64,000 nucleotides of DNA, from the NCBI RefSeq assembly GCF_009914755.1, contig NC_060926.1; one strand, 5' to 3'. Each line of letters begins with the position of its first letter. The first letter of the stretch is position 1. The notes beneath the pieces were generated by a model, which did not search any database, had not been told where the DNA came from, and worked only from the letters and a program-made list of their open reading frames with translations. The stretch is from the human T2T-CHM13v2.0 reference genome, Homo sapiens. The position numbers were made by a program, and so were the translations under genes. Shown here one piece after another: positions 39,756-55,840 of this stretch.

Positions 39756-41244
39756 CATCAATTTAGTTTTTATTTTTCTTATTTGAATTGCAGCATGTAT
39801 TTTATTTGAATTGCAGTATCTATTTTATCTAATTTTCCTTGGCATCGTATTATGTCTCTGTGTTGCAGGTGTTGTGTGCTAGGTATGTGTAATTCAGTAC
39901 AATGAACAATTCAATGTCTACTTTTTAAACCCGCATTATTATTTGTTTCATTTCATGATTATTAATTTAGTTGTATGGGGGATATACACTTTTTTTTCTG
40001 TAGGTTTCAAGTATGTCAAAATAAACCTCTTTCGCTATACAACTTTAAACTGAAGTTATTCAGCCACATTTTACATTTGAGATTACAGTGCTTTTATATT
40101 TCCTACCTATGCAACATATTCTTAATGTTGGAGGTCAAATGAATGATAAGCCCAAATGCAAGTGTTTTGACTTGCTTCCATGGTAATACTTTCCCACCAT
40201 TTATTGTTCTTATTTATTTCCCTGCATCACTGCCCCAAAGATTGATTTTTCAGAATTTTGGGCTATATCATTTTTTTCTTCTTGAGCTTCAATAGCAAGA
40301 ACAGTTCCTAAAGCAGAGTTGCTAAATGGAAAAGTGTATATGAATACAGGCAAGGTAGAGGGTGAGGGAAGTGAGACAAAAAAATTGTACAATGCTGATT
40401 TAAGAGTGCCATAAGGAGGTCTATCCAAGAATATGAGAATATGGAAAAGTATTTTAATAATAATATTCAGTAAAATATTCTATAATTTTTCTCCTTAACA
40501 TAGCAAAAAATTCAATTTATGTTGGTTGTAATAATGTCAGCTTTCTTATCATATGTTCTATTTAATGCTTTAATAATATCTAATTGGGGCCTCATTATTG
40601 TCCCTTGCTCTAGATAGCATCCTCTATTGTTTCTTTTGTGGTATATGTCTGTTTTATGTTTTATTTGGTAACCTTTTATTGACTACCAGTAATGTCTCTT
40701 ACCTTGATCTCCTCTTCCATATTTAGTTTGCTATTCCTTTAAAACATGTCTAGGCAGACGTAATTGTAAGCAGGCAGATGGCTGTAGAGTGATACTTTTT
40801 GATAAGGAAGTGGCTTCTTCTGAAGCTATGACTTTACAACCACCCTTGCCTAAGGCGTAATGAATGATTTGTGAGTTTGTACTGGATACTTTTAAGTTCC
40901 AGGAAGACAGAAAAATAATGTACATAAACACGGACATTTAAGAACAAAGTGCCTGAATTTCTATGTTGATATTTTGTTTGCTAACAGTAGGGGTACACAA
41001 ATAAGTGTATATGGGTAGAAAATTGTGTTTATGTAAATGAATAGGATTTCTCTGTTAATAACTACCCAGTTAGTACAGCTATAAGAAATCTGAAATTATA
41101 AAACTAAATTTATTTTGTTTTATAAGCTCTATCTAATTTATGGTGGAAAGCTCTATATGTTGCTATAAACCTTACAGTCTGCAGTATGTATGGAGGCTGA
41201 GTATTTTTCGAGAGAATATTGTATATTTGCATGCTGAAGAATCA

Positions 41245-44020
41245 TTTTTTGTTTTGTTTTCTTTTTTATTAAATGTAAACTTATATTTTACATACTGGGG
41301 GGTACATGTGCAGGTTTGTTGTATGGATATATTATGTGATGCTGAGTTTTGGGATATGGATCCCATCACCCAGTTAGTGAGCACAGTACCCAATAGGTAG
41401 ATTTCCCTCCCTCCCTCCCTGATCTGGTAGTCTAAAGTGTCTATTGTTCCCATGCTTCTGTTAAAGTTAATATTTAGCTCCCACTTATAAGTGAGAATGT
41501 ACGGTGTTTGATTTTCTGTTCCTGAATTAATTTGCTTGGGATTATGACCTCTAGCTCTGTCCACATTGCTGCAAAGGACATGATTTTATTCTCTTTTATG
41601 GCTGCATAGTATTCCATGGTGTATATAGGTCATGGGATCTATGGTGGTGCCTTCTGCCTGAGTGTTGCTCACACCGGCTGGGCTTGTTCCGCCCATTCAG
41701 CCCACCAGGCTCCTCTCAGCTCGTGTAACCAGCCTGGATCCTACACCTGCCAAGATTGAGGGAGGCATGTAGTGGGGAGGAGTATGGGGGTGAGTGAGCG
41801 TGGGGTCTAGCCACTGCACACAGCCAGGCACGCTGGCTGCTATGTGGGGGCAGGCAGCTCCAGGCTCTGGCATAGGTGCTGGCTTCGTGTGAGGTTGTAG
41901 CTGGACCAGATGTACCACATGTGGCTTCTGCTGCAGGCCCCCATGTCTAGATGAAGGGAATGCAGTGGCACCCAGAAGCTTAAAGATGCCAGGAACTGCA
42001 GAGCCCCAAAGAGAGTGTCACAGCCGTGGCTCAGAGATTCCCTATGTTTAGGCTCCCCAAAGGGCCGCAGCTCTACTCTCCTTCTTGTTATCTGCAATGT
42101 GGCAAGCAGAGGGTGGGGGCATGTTTCAGCTCTGTTTGTGTTACAGCTCTTTCAGTCCCCCCTTTTGTAGGGTCCTGAGTTCTTGGCCCACGTCTAGGAA
42201 AAATGAGGTATGCGGACAATTGGAGCATGAGCAAGGCAGAGAGGAGCTTCATTGAGTGACAGAACAGCTCTCAGGAGACTAAAAGTGGGTAGCTCCTTTC
42301 CACAGGCAGGATGTCCCAATGTCTGTGTGAGTCTGGAGTTTCTATGGGCTCAGAAGGGAGAAAGTACATGCTGGTCAATCCACGGGTGGCCATATGTGGG
42401 TCAGGAAAAAGCACTACATGTTTTCATTCCAGGCCATGGACTCTACCTGGAACAGGCAGCCCGCTTCAGGCCCCCAGGCTTCAGTTCATTCATGGCTTAA
42501 AGGTGGTTTCACCAGGGAGCTGTCCCTTTCAGCCTAGAAACCTGTCTACCCTCCACCATCAACATCCAGTCCTTAGCGCCTAGGCTGTTCATGCCAAGGG
42601 GTGCCTGCAGGCCTGTGCCAAGCTGCCCTCAGCCTCTGATGGCCTTCTTCCCATGCTCATCAGTGCCCAAAGTCTGGAGGGGGCTGAGGTGGCAGGGGCT
42701 GGCATGTCAGCACAGCTCCAAGTGCACGTACACCTGGCTGGTTTGCAACAATGCCTGGGCTTGGCCACAACTTTGCTGCACACTGGAGTGGGTGCTGGGT
42801 GTGAGGAGAGGCCAGACAACAGGAACAGGCACTTCTGAGCTTGCGGGGCAGGGGCTTCCCAGGCCCCCAAGAGTGCAGGGATGCCTGGGTCCAGAGCCAA
42901 AGTTAGGTGGCTGCAGCTACACTAGGGAGCCTGGGGCTCCTGCCCCACCAACTCAGTAGGGGGCGGGGCTTCCACCTTTTCCAGCTCTTGCTGGCCCCCT
43001 GGAGCATGTAACCCCAGCTGTGCCTCCTACACTGCAGCCAACATCTTCTCAGTGGCCGCTCCAGACAGACCGCTGTTGCCATCATGTGTACCACTCTTTA
43101 TCTACATCATATGTACCACACTTTCTTTATCTAATCTACCATTAATGGACACCTAGGTTGATTCCATGTCTGTGGCTATTGTGGCTAGCACAACAGTGAA
43201 CATATGAGTTCATGTGTCTTTTTGGTAGATGATTTACTTTCCTTTGGGTATATGCCCAGTAATGGGAGCATTGAGTTGAATGATAGCTCTGTTTTAAGCT
43301 CTTTTGAAAATCTCTACACTGTTTTCCATGGTGTCTGAACTAATTTATGTTCCCACCAACAGTATATAAGTATTTCTTTTTCCCATCAGCCCTGACAGCA
43401 TCTGTTGTTTTTGACTTTTTAATAATAGTCATCCTGACGTGTGAAAAGTTATCTCATTGTGGTTTTGATTTGCACTTCTCTGGTGATTAATGATGTGGAA
43501 TGTTTTGTCATACATTTGTTGGCTTCTTGTATGTCTTCTTTTGAAAGGTTCCCATTCATGTTCTTTGTCCATTTCACAATTTTTTTCTTGCTTATTAATT
43601 TATGTCTCTTATAGATTCTGGAAATTAGACCTTGGTTAGATGCATATTTTGTGAATATTTTCTCTGATTCAGTAGGTTGTCTGTTTACTCTGTTGATAGC
43701 TTCTTTTGGTGTGCAGAAACTCTTTAGGTATCACTTATAAATTTTTGCTTTTGTTGCGGTTGCTTTGGGGATTTAATAAAAAAATTCTTTGCCAACGCCA
43801 ATGTTGAGAAGGATATTTTGTAGGTTTGCTTCTGGGATTCTTATAGCTTGAGTTGCTACACTTAAATTTTTAATCCATCTTGAGTTAGTTTTTGCATATG
43901 GTGAAAGGTAAGGGTCCAGTTCCACTCTTCTGCATATGGCTAACCAGTTATCCCAGCACTATTTATTGAACCTGGAGTCCTTTAGTCATTGCTCGTTACT
44001 GTTGGCCTTGTCAAAGATCA
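41245..44020 (-). mobile_element. 5'-truncated L1 (L1PA15/16-like) interrupted by a MER52 LTR
   Basis: Antisense L1 3'UTR (ggggtacatgtgcaggtttgtt...cccaataggtag) to 41627. It resumes at 43086 through the ORF2 C-terminal region to tgtcaaagatcag. Confidence 0.92.
41628..43085 (-). mobile_element. MER52-family solo LTR nested in L1
   Basis: The minus strand starts TGATGGCAACAGCGG at 43085 and ends GATCCCATGACC. It splits the L1 motif GGTGTATATG|TACCAC. Confidence 0.88.
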
Positions 44021-44229
44021 GAAAAATGTTAATGTATATATTGCTGGAAGATGTCAAAGATCAGTACCACTTATTTTTTATTTATTCAGCATTGTGATCA
44101 GTTTAAAAGATTTATTGGGTCAGATCAGTACAACATGTAAGTCAATAGTGAATGCTGAAAGATGTCAATATGTTGTGATCTTTGAAGAAGTAAATATGTA
44201 AACTGTGATTTATACTTATTTAAAAGACA

Positions 44230-44995
<766 letters not shown>

Positions 44996-45019
44996 TTATG
45001 TATCATTGGAGAAATCTTT

Positions 45020-45036
45020 TTCTTTCTCTCTCTCTC

Positions 45037-45069
<33 letters not shown>

Positions 45070-45078
45070 ACGTGTGTC
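45020..45078. repeat. (CT)n(TG)n microsatellite
   Basis: Directly visible. Confidence 0.95.
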
Positions 45079-48000
45079 TCCAAAGTATAGCAATACATTT
45101 TAATATTTGGTATATATAATCTATAATATTTCAAAGAATAAACCTAAAAATTTTCTTAAAATGATTTAAGATGACCAAATTTCTTTTTTCAGACACCCCC
45201 CTAAAATATCAGCAACACTTAAACTGAGAGTTAGGATTACTTTTGCCATTCTTACCTATTTTACTATTTTAACTATTTCCCACAATTTTATGATTTACAT
45301 GTCTCTCAATATACAATACTTCAAACCATTTTTAATGTTTACTTGACAAGGGATATAAAACTATATTTGATTTCTTGAAAAGCTTTTTTGAATGAGAAAA
45401 GTATTATGAACAATTAAAGGAAATAACAATGTTTCTTTGTGCTAAAAGGAACATTTTTAAAAACTTAAAAAGTAAAATGCACTTAATGATACCCTAAAAC
45501 CTATTTTTAAAATTCCAATTAGAGATATGCTAAATATCTGACTATTTTAAGTAAAGTTAAGAGAAATGAATTATAGACTGCAGTGTATATCTCATACCAT
45601 CAAAATATTTCTGATTTGTTTGGAGAGAAGTTATGGATCTTTTATACCTAATAACCAACATGTTTGTAGAAGCAAACAGATATGTATCTTAATCTATAAT
45701 ATTTAGAGTATAAAAAATAATTTAACAACATTTAATAACACATATACACACTAGTAGAATATGGAATATTCTACACACAAGGAATATGACACCCACTAGG
45801 TTCTGTGTTATGTGTTATTCCATCAAGCTTTGAATCGATGGGTTAGTTTACATTGTTCATTCCTCTGACAGTCTGAGCATCTCTCCTTCGTCTCTGCTCC
45901 AGCCATCAGAAATATTGATCTCACCTAAAAATATTCAAATATTGAACAATACTCCAAATACAATATTTCTGATACAATCATCTTCTAGATTATTTGCCTT
46001 CAAGTAACACTGATGAAAAATTGCTCACAATAAAAGAAAAATAAACCTGACATTAGCAGTCTAGTGTTCAAATTTTTGACTTATCCTTTAATGGTTATGT
46101 AACCATTGGAAAAGCATTATCTCTCTGAACTGTAGTTATTTCATCTACTAAAAATATACACTACCAGAATAACTAGATTTGCCTAAAAATTAAGGAATTT
46201 GGTAAGAACATATATTTGAAAGCTATTAGTGAAAATAATATATTTTAAGAAGATAAGAATAATTTTAGGTCTGGTCATAAAATTAGGGCCATGCTTTAGG
46301 ACTACAAGATAATAGTTAGAGAAGTATGTAGTTTAATCTTTACTATATTTAAATATGTAATATATGCTTAATGAGTTTTTTATAGACACAACATTTTTAG
46401 CTCTTTATTTATCCTGTTTAGATTGAAAGTTCTGCTCTTCAACAGGGCTGCCATAACAGAAACTACATTTGGAAGAGGTTCCTTAGAATATCGTAAGATT
46501 CTGTTTATTCTCTCATATTCTATGTAGCCTTGGAATGTGACCTATGGTGCAAACTCCATAGCTGAAAGTAAAACAACACATAATGTAGTAATAAAAGAAT
46601 CAGGCAGTTAGCCATTAGATGACATAATTTTCCTTTTCCTTGGAATTATATATGGAAGTAAAATACCTTAGACTTTTATGGAACAATTTTAATAAAATAA
46701 TTTGTATACATCAATTTCAAAACATCTCTCAAAAACCATTAAAATTGAGAAATGTGTGACTATTCTAATTAATAACATGAATTCTAAGATTTATAAAGTT
46801 TCATAATCAATATCCTGTAGGGAGGCTTTGAATAAAAATTAGTTTGCCCTACCGATGAAAATGCAGCATTGCATTAAGAAAGTCTCAGGAAAAAAAAAAA
46901 AAAGTGATATAATAAAAATGTTAAAGCTATCATAAATATGACAGGGATAAATGGTGACAAGACTGTTGTATATTTGGTGTATTATTGGACCCTAAATTTG
47001 AGTATCATAGCACCATGCATTTTGCAAAACCATCAAGTAAAGATTATGTAGTGTGCTTACTATTCCATTCTAGTTGTCTATCAAATCCTACATGCCTTGT
47101 ATTCTACTCATTCAATTATAAGCTCTATATGGAGTTACATGAATAATCTGATAAACTACAAGTGAATGGCAACAGCCTGTTGAATTGAGATAGAATACTT
47201 ATGTTTGCTAAAATTCTGTAACCTAGAAGAGAAATTCTAAGCATGGAAATTTCTTATGACCTCACAGGTAACTTTACAAAATATTACTGAAATCAAGAGA
47301 GGGGAACAGTTTTTAGCATGCCTTTAGTAAGCCATTCATTAAATCAAGAAATATTTACTGAATGTCACCTTTATGAAACAATTGAAGTAGTCCCTTTGCA
47401 CCTAATCTTCAGTGAAGACGCATTGATCGTAATGTTTTCACCAAAAGTGTTTTCTAAAACAGAGGGAACATCTCTTTGGAAATGTGTGTACTGTGGGTGG
47501 TTTAGAAAAATATCACTCTTGTATTCTGTTTTGTATTTACTTATATAACTATACATGTTAGACCATAATATGTGAACAGGTATACAAATAGATTCTACCA
47601 ATTTTTGTTTGAAAAAATATCTGGAAAAAAAATACTGCCTATATCTGGAAAATAAATATATGCAAAAAAATTCACAATAATTTGTTACATTTGATATATT
47701 TAGTGAGCAAAACTTATAAAGAAGACATATTTAGTGAGGATACTTTTAAAAATAAGATATATTTAGCGGGGTTCACTCCATCTGTATGGTACTTTTATGC
47801 ACAACACTTTTGTGTTGGGGCTTTTGAAGGGATGATCATGCTTTTTCTTCATATCATTTTCATGAGGTGATATTTAAGGCTTATGTTAGTATCTACGGAT
47901 TCATGTCAGAGAAGAAAATAGAATTTTGCTCTGATCTTTCAACTTGCTCAGCAAAAAACCTTCAAAAACTTTGCCTATCTCTTTTTTCTAGAAGTGCCCC

Positions 48001-50627
48001 TTTCTTTGTAGGAAGCTAGGAAAAACTACCAATTCTAGAATAAGTTGATGCTCTACAGGATTTATGTTCCTTTTGTTCCAAGTCAATTGGTATGAGATAC
48101 AAAATCATATATTCTATATATATATATAGTAAATGTTGATAATTATACAACTTGATTTTATTTACTATTTTATTTTTATTTATGAAATGGCTTCTTTGTT
48201 GAGACAAACTAGTTTACAAAAGTGAATCTATACATAAACCTTTATGTAAATAGACATCAGCACAAACTGATATTTCTATCTACAATATCCAATGTTCCTG
48301 AAAATATTAGAATATTATTATTTGGATATACTGTTAATATAAACTTTCATTTTTAACCTGATGATGCAATTTAGAATTAGCATTTATTCATATCTTTTAA
48401 TATAGGTAAGGGAAGGATAGAATAAGAAAATTTCTATGTCTTTCTAGTACGAATTCGTTGTTTTATTTTACATAGTATTTATTATTTATATTTTAGATAA
48501 ATACTTTATACTATATATTTCTCCAAAACTGTAAGTGAGAGCACAGTGATCCCAGAAATAGCCATTAAAAGAACTGGAACAGATTAAAACACAGAGAAAT
48601 GATCCATAGTTTCTTATGAGAGAAGCAATGAAAGATCTTTTACAATTGGTAAAATGATTTATAAGTGAAAGTTTCTAAAGGTCTGTATTAGATGTTACTT
48701 TCTCTTAAAAGAAAGTTTAACTGTATAGCCTACTAAAAGCTTGATATGTTTTAAGGCTTTATGTCTTTGTCTAGAAAAAATAGCATAGCATTTTATTTTA
48801 GGAATCAAAAGCAGACAGCAGTTGTTCAACAATATGTGTCTTTATAAATATTAACTAGTGTGTGTGAGTATCTCTGTATATGCATGTGTGTGTTTGTTTA
48901 AATGCAGGGCAGAGCAGTTAATAGCTACAATACTTCGCACACACTGATTCAGCACTTAGATTTTATTAGAAAAACCTGTCTTCTGTCATGGTGTGAATGT
49001 GTCTGGCCCTAGGACTAGCGCCATGTGTTGAATTCATTACAGTCTTTCATAAGATCCCAGGAGACTTTATTCACAGATGTAGGTTTCCTGCCAACCACCC
49101 ATAACTGTCTATTTGGCCTTCACTGTGAGCACAAAGACAAGAAATTATCCAGTGGAAATAATTCATAGCAGTGCATTAAAAATAATAAGCATTACTCCTA
49201 GTCAGCGATGCTGGAGGTTTATAGTTTCTGACATTTGACTCTAGTTTTGTGGCAGCCCCCAGGATTTATGTGTAATATCCTATGTCCTTTCAATGTCTCA
49301 CAGTAAACCCTGAGTTTTTACAGCTTCAAAGAAAGCTGTAGAATGCTGACACCAGAAATCTGTCTATTTTATTGATTTTCCCATAAGGGTATTTAATTAT
49401 TCATTGAAGGATCCATTTAACAATTACACCTATTTTTAACCAATTAAGGTCACATTAAAGATTTACCAATATCATCGTAATAATAACTACTATTTCATGG
49501 CATTTAGCCAGTATAAGTAGCAAGTAGGATTCTCCTGACTATTACAGATATAAAAATTTAGGGTTACTATGCCTTCAGACAAATAAAAAAAATACATAGC
49601 TATCACCTTCTATAAAATGAATAGTTTAATAATTGAGATAGTGCTATTTATAAAACCACATGGTTTTGACAGCCATATAATATTAGTAAAATATTTTATC
49701 CAGTATTTTTCTTATAGGAGTAGAAACTTTCAATTGTGATACTACAAATATAAGAAGTGTCATCATATAAAATTAAAGAAGGAAGTGCAGAAATCATTCA
49801 TTGTGGGGTTAGAACATATATTATTTCTGCACATCTGCCAAACCTGTGTACTAAAATGCAGGGTTTTTATTTTTTCGTATTATTATATTCCTTTTAGTGG
49901 TAGAGAAAAATCTAGGATTAAAAAATAATTATTTAGAATAAGGTATTCTCAATTATCTTTTATAAGGGGTTATAGAATTTATGAGTTGGAAAGTATTTAA
50001 AAACCATATATGGCATACACCTCATTTTATAAGTAGATAAATTAATGTCCATAATGGCTTGTCCAAGGTCATCAAATATTAATAATATAATTCTCACACC
50101 ATTTGCCTTGCAATCCAAGATAATTTCTACTTATTGCATTTTATAATCCGCAGCTCATAATTTATGTTTGTTATATTGCACTCACATTTCTCCATAGCCC
50201 CATTTCAAAATAAGTATTCATATATGCAGGCTATGTTACAGATGGCTTCTGTTACTTACCTGTTTTCCCAGGAGGAAAATTCAATGTTAATTGCTTAATT
50301 TTGACTTCCAGTCAATTTATGCCTCAGATATGACTTATATTTAAATTTAAATCCACTTAAAAAGATAATAGTTCCTGTATGTGCCTATGCATTATTTTTT
50401 TCTTTATTTTGTAAATGTTCTTGTAGCTGGTGTTACCCTCTTGATAAATTATTTTTTGTACCTTTTTATCTTCCTGGATTTATTCTCGCTTTGCTCCATA
50501 TAATGTCAGCTTGGCGTCAGTGAACATCAGCATAAAAATAGCCAAATAAAATTTAAAAAACCTAATCTCATGAATACTCAACTATTCTAAGAATAAAAAA
50601 AAAAATCGATGATGCAACTAACTTAGT

Positions 50628-50946
<319 letters not shown>

Positions 50947-51280
50947 TTAGTCTTTATTAGAGTTCCTAAAGTAACATCTTCTGTTATAAATTGCAAATGA
51001 TATAAAAATTTCAGCGTCAAATGGAGACCACCACAAATTGTTCTTTCACAAATCTTGTTCGCTTGTCCATGGATGATTTATTTTAGGAGCTTGGTTTTTA
51101 CCATTACATAATGTATTTTTATATAATTATGTGTGCTTTCATATTCTTAATACTTTTGGTATATAACATACAGATAGATACATATTTCTTATATAAATTG
51201 ATCAGGATATACATGTGTGTTTATATGGTATACAGTTTTGAAACATTTTAAATAACCTAAGAGTATATAATTGGCATTAT

Positions 51281-51770
51281 CTAAGTTTGAGTTTCCTAGA
51301 AGCAGAACCTGAGACAAAACTTCAAGAACATAAAATTTATTCAAGAATTCTTCTCAGAAATAGGATCACTGGCTTGAAATTTGAATTTCAGATAAACAGT
51401 AAACATGTATTTGAAATACTTTGGACATATTTATTCTAAAATAATATTCATTTATTTCCTGAAATTCAGATTAATCTCAGAGTTCCTTATTTTATCTGAC
51501 AATCTTACTCAAGAGAGAGGAAGTGAAGAAAAGTTAGGGCAGAAGGAGCTAGGCAAAGGTGTCTTGTCAGTCGGAATCTGACACTGCCCTGATCTGTGGG
51601 GAAGTTCTGTTCCTATGGATGTACGAATTACACTATAAAGTTGGCCCCATCTTGGGGCAGGTCTTTGGTACAAACTTCACTCAATTATTCACTGCAGGCT
51701 CTGAGGGGAAAGGTGAGATTGAGTGGGGAAATAACCTGGATGGGCGAAACTCCTGTTCATGCATACAGAC
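51281..51770. mobile_element. Old ERVL LTR (LTR16/LTR40-like) hosting a MER53
   Basis: gagtttcctagaagcagaacctgagaca...tttatt motif typical of the LTR16 group. Confidence 0.45.
51361..51508. mobile_element. MER53 palindromic hAT MITE
   Basis: aaatttgaatttcagataaaca ... ggacatatttattctaaaa ... ctgaaattcaga ... tattttatctgacaatctta. Imperfect hairpin matching MER53. Confidence 0.7.
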
Positions 51771-51878
51771 CTACAAACCCACCTTGTTTTTTCTTGGAAT
51801 GGAAATACCTTAGTTTATAACTTCAAAATATGTAGAGAGATAGAGATTATCAACAAAACATATAGAATGACTTTTTAA

Positions 51879-52197
<319 letters not shown>

Positions 52198-52210
52198 ATG
52201 ACTTTTTAAA

Positions 52211-52420
52211 CTTTTTTTAAGAGACAGGGTCTCACTCTGTTTTGTTCCCCAGGCTGGAGTGCATCGGCATGATCATGTTCAGCTAATTTTTTTACATTTT
52301 TGTAGAGATGGGGTCTTGCCATATTACCCGGGCTGGTCTTGAACTCTTGGCCAAAAGCAATCCTCCCACCTTGGCCTTCCAAAGTGTTGGGATATCAAGC
52401 ATGAGCTACTGTGCCAGGTC
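52211..52420 (-). mobile_element. AluJ, internally deleted
   Basis: gagacagggtctcactctg...gctaatttt...aagcaatcctcccaccttggcc. Confidence 0.88.
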
Positions 52421-55252
52421 TGGAAAGACTTCTTATAGCAGGTATTTAGGGCATCTTGTCACCAAAAGTGGATTTAGACTTGTTCTTGTTTGTCATGGTA
52501 TCATTTCTTTCTCTTTTAGGATTTATATATGTATATATATTTTTACTAATCATTGAGACTATTGTATCCTCTGCTTATTATTTTTACAAAAATTAGGCTG
52601 TACCATTTGCTGAACAGAGATGACTTCTATTATTTTTTCCAGTGTTTATATATTATCTATAAATCAGTTGTAATTTTCATAAACATGATGTGAGTTCTAA
52701 CCAGCATAACCAATTACATTATAATATCCATTGCGTTGTTATATTATTGCTGATGGAGAAGTTTCATTTCTACACTTCTATAATGTAATTTCGGAGACAC
52801 TGCAGCTCTTAGCGGAATATGATACATACAGGAGCCTCCCAGGCCAGGTGACACCTTCTTAGTTAGAGGACAAAATACTTAGTTTTTAAGGGGCTAAGAA
52901 TCAGGTGAGAGAATACTTTCAACAAAGGCGAGATTGGGTTTAAAAAAACAAAAGAGGAAGACCAATTGCATTATGTGTTAAGGAAAGTTAGATTTCACAA
53001 GCTGGAAAAAAACAGGCAACAACATCAAATCCAAGTTAGGATTGAAATCTCATGTATGTAGAATCAAAGTCTGAAATCTAGTAAAAAGAGGGATGGGGTG
53101 AGGGCAAGTTAGAAATAAATGTAAAAGATTCTGGCTTATTATTGGGAAGTTCTAATTGTCTGGGACTGCTTATATGGCTTTTTGGGGTCTAGAATGTTGT
53201 TCTAAAGGATGAGAGTTTCTGGGAATGCCACCTTACACATATAAATTATTGTAAAATTCTTATTATTTCAAGAAATGCAATATCATGCAGCACAGTTCTC
53301 ACTGAAATATTTTATATGATTTAAACAAAGCAAGCAACCAATCTTTTAATAATTTGACAATACAGTTTTATTATAAATTAACATATGGTTTTTCACAGAA
53401 ATCTGAAGTATGAAAAATACCACCCTTAGTTAATCACTCAAAACCAACAATAGTTGGTTTTCATTCCTTATTCCTGTGTTCTTGCTGTGCATATAATTTT
53501 TACATAATTGTAATCAAATGGGTTATATAAATTAAATATGCTGATTAAGCTATCTGTTCTTCCTGATTATAGGTAAATATTTGCTTGTTGCAAGTAATTT
53601 AAAAATGTAGAAACAAATGTAACGAAAAAAAATCACCCAGAAGCCCACAACCTAGAAGTGAAAATTATTAATATTTTTATATTTTAGGTTATTATTATTC
53701 ACTATTAAAAAATAGTGACTTCAGTAATTTAGTATAAATGACATTGATATAAAATATGATTACTCTTTACAGTGAACAAATAAAGATAACCTCTGCATGT
53801 GTGAAGAAGAGATTATATTTTAAATTAATTATAGCAAAATAAATCCCAACAGTTTAAAGATTGTAGCTATTATTATTGCAAGATAATAATTAATAGCACT
53901 TAACAGTGATTTAAGAGGTCACCAACAAATCATAGAACTTGTGGGATTTGTGAAGGGAATAATGAAGCTAAAAAAATATGCTTTCTGTTACATGAAGAGA
54001 TAAGGAAGATGAGAAGCAGTTGAACCATGCATTACGTGTCAAGCCTTTGTTTCTGGGTCATAGAATCTGTATGAGACACTTAACAGAATCCAAATGAATA
54101 GGTGAGTTTGATATCCCAGTTGATTAAGGAACAACTACTACTTACATTAAATGCTAGAAAATCTGAATAAATTGCTAATCCTATAATTTGATTTAATTTA
54201 CTAATATATAAATTTAAGTACAGAATTAGAATCAGATAATAATATATTAAATCATCCACGGGAGATTACTTTCATGATTAGGCTAATGAGGGATGTTATG
54301 AAGATTGAAAAAGCATTTATCAAGATATGATAATTCAAAGAGTAATACTTATCAAAATAGTTTAGTTGTCCTTCTAACATTAAATAATGAGAAATTATCA
54401 CCATGAAAATGACTCAAACACACACACACAAAATCAAGCACTTGTTGTACTTCATAATATTTTAAAAGTTAGTTTCCATTTGATTTTTAGGAACTTAAAA
54501 TATAAAATCTAGAAGAGGGCTTCAAGATCATCGAATTCGGTGGCTTTTAAACTATCCTCAGTGAAGCACAAATGTTTCACTGGAGACATTGTTTCATTAG
54601 ATTGTGACTTTGATATTCACTGGGTGGGTCTGAATCCCCTGCTCCCACTTGAACCAAACATATTTACTGTATATCTAATATATATTGGATTTCATACATA
54701 GACTTTTATTTGGAAAATTGAAGTTTTAGCTCCCTTTAAAAGGAGGTAAAAGGTTCAGATTTAATTTGAGTCTATTCAGTCTTTATGTGAGGAATTAGAG
54801 GTTTTTCCAGTAAAATTCACACACTAATTCATTCAAAATGGGGACTGGCACCTAAGTCTTTTAGAAGTGCTAGAACAGTAACCATCCTACTACATCATAA
54901 TAATGTATATGATGTATACAGTTTAGTTTGCTGTACAGAGAACATAAAGGGTTCAACCATTATAAAAGGTTGATAGTCTTAAAGTTTTTAAGTTACATTT
55001 TAATCCTCCAAATTCATTTTTGTATATGGGGAAATTATAAAGCTTGATAACTTCTCTTATACAGCTAAAAGCAGTATCAGTAATATTACGGAGAAAGGAA
55101 TGTGCCACTACTACCATTTAAATCATGTAATTTCTCAGCAGCTGGAACATAAAGGCTCTTATTGGCTGAGTTAATTTATTCCGCCTTAACCTTTGTAACT
55201 TCAATTGTTTTTTGAGGGAACACTTAGATGGTCTTTAATATCCTTTTTATCC

Positions 55253-55840
55253 TGTGTCATTTAGGATGCTTTACACTGCAAATGGTGGAGGACTGTCGCT
55301 GAAACTGGCTTAATCAGAGAGGGAATTTATTACCACACAATAGAAATTGCAGAGATATGGTAGACTTTGAGATTTGTTGACTCAGCAGTTCAAGTATGTC
55401 AGGTAGACCCAAATTCTCTGTAACTCTCTGTATGAAACTTTCAGAGTTGGCTATATACTTAGCTGGTAATAAGATGTCTGAAGAAGTTCTAAGTGTCACA
55501 TCCAGATGCAATACTGTCCGTAGGTAGAGAGAAACATGTATTTATTATTTTCTCTTAGAAGACAAGAACTTTTTTAAATAAGCAATTCAGCTGAATTGCT
55601 TTCATTTTGAATGGATTAGAATTGGCTCACATGCATATACTTGTACCAATCAATGGCAGGGAAGATTAATTTACTGGACCAACCGTGCCCACTCATGAGA
55701 CTTGGTGTTGGTTCACTTTATCATGAAGTGCATAGTTATATGCATGGTGCATGGGGGTGGACACCTGAATAAAACTGGGATTCTATAACTAAAGAAAGCA
55801 GGAATGGATAATGATTAGGAAAACATCTGTGTCCACTACA
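55253..55840. mobile_element. Old MLT1 (J/K/L-like) LTR
   Basis: tgtgtcatttaggatgcttt...aaactggcttaa..agagggaatttatt...accaatcaatggcaggg...tgtccactaca. Confidence 0.6.
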
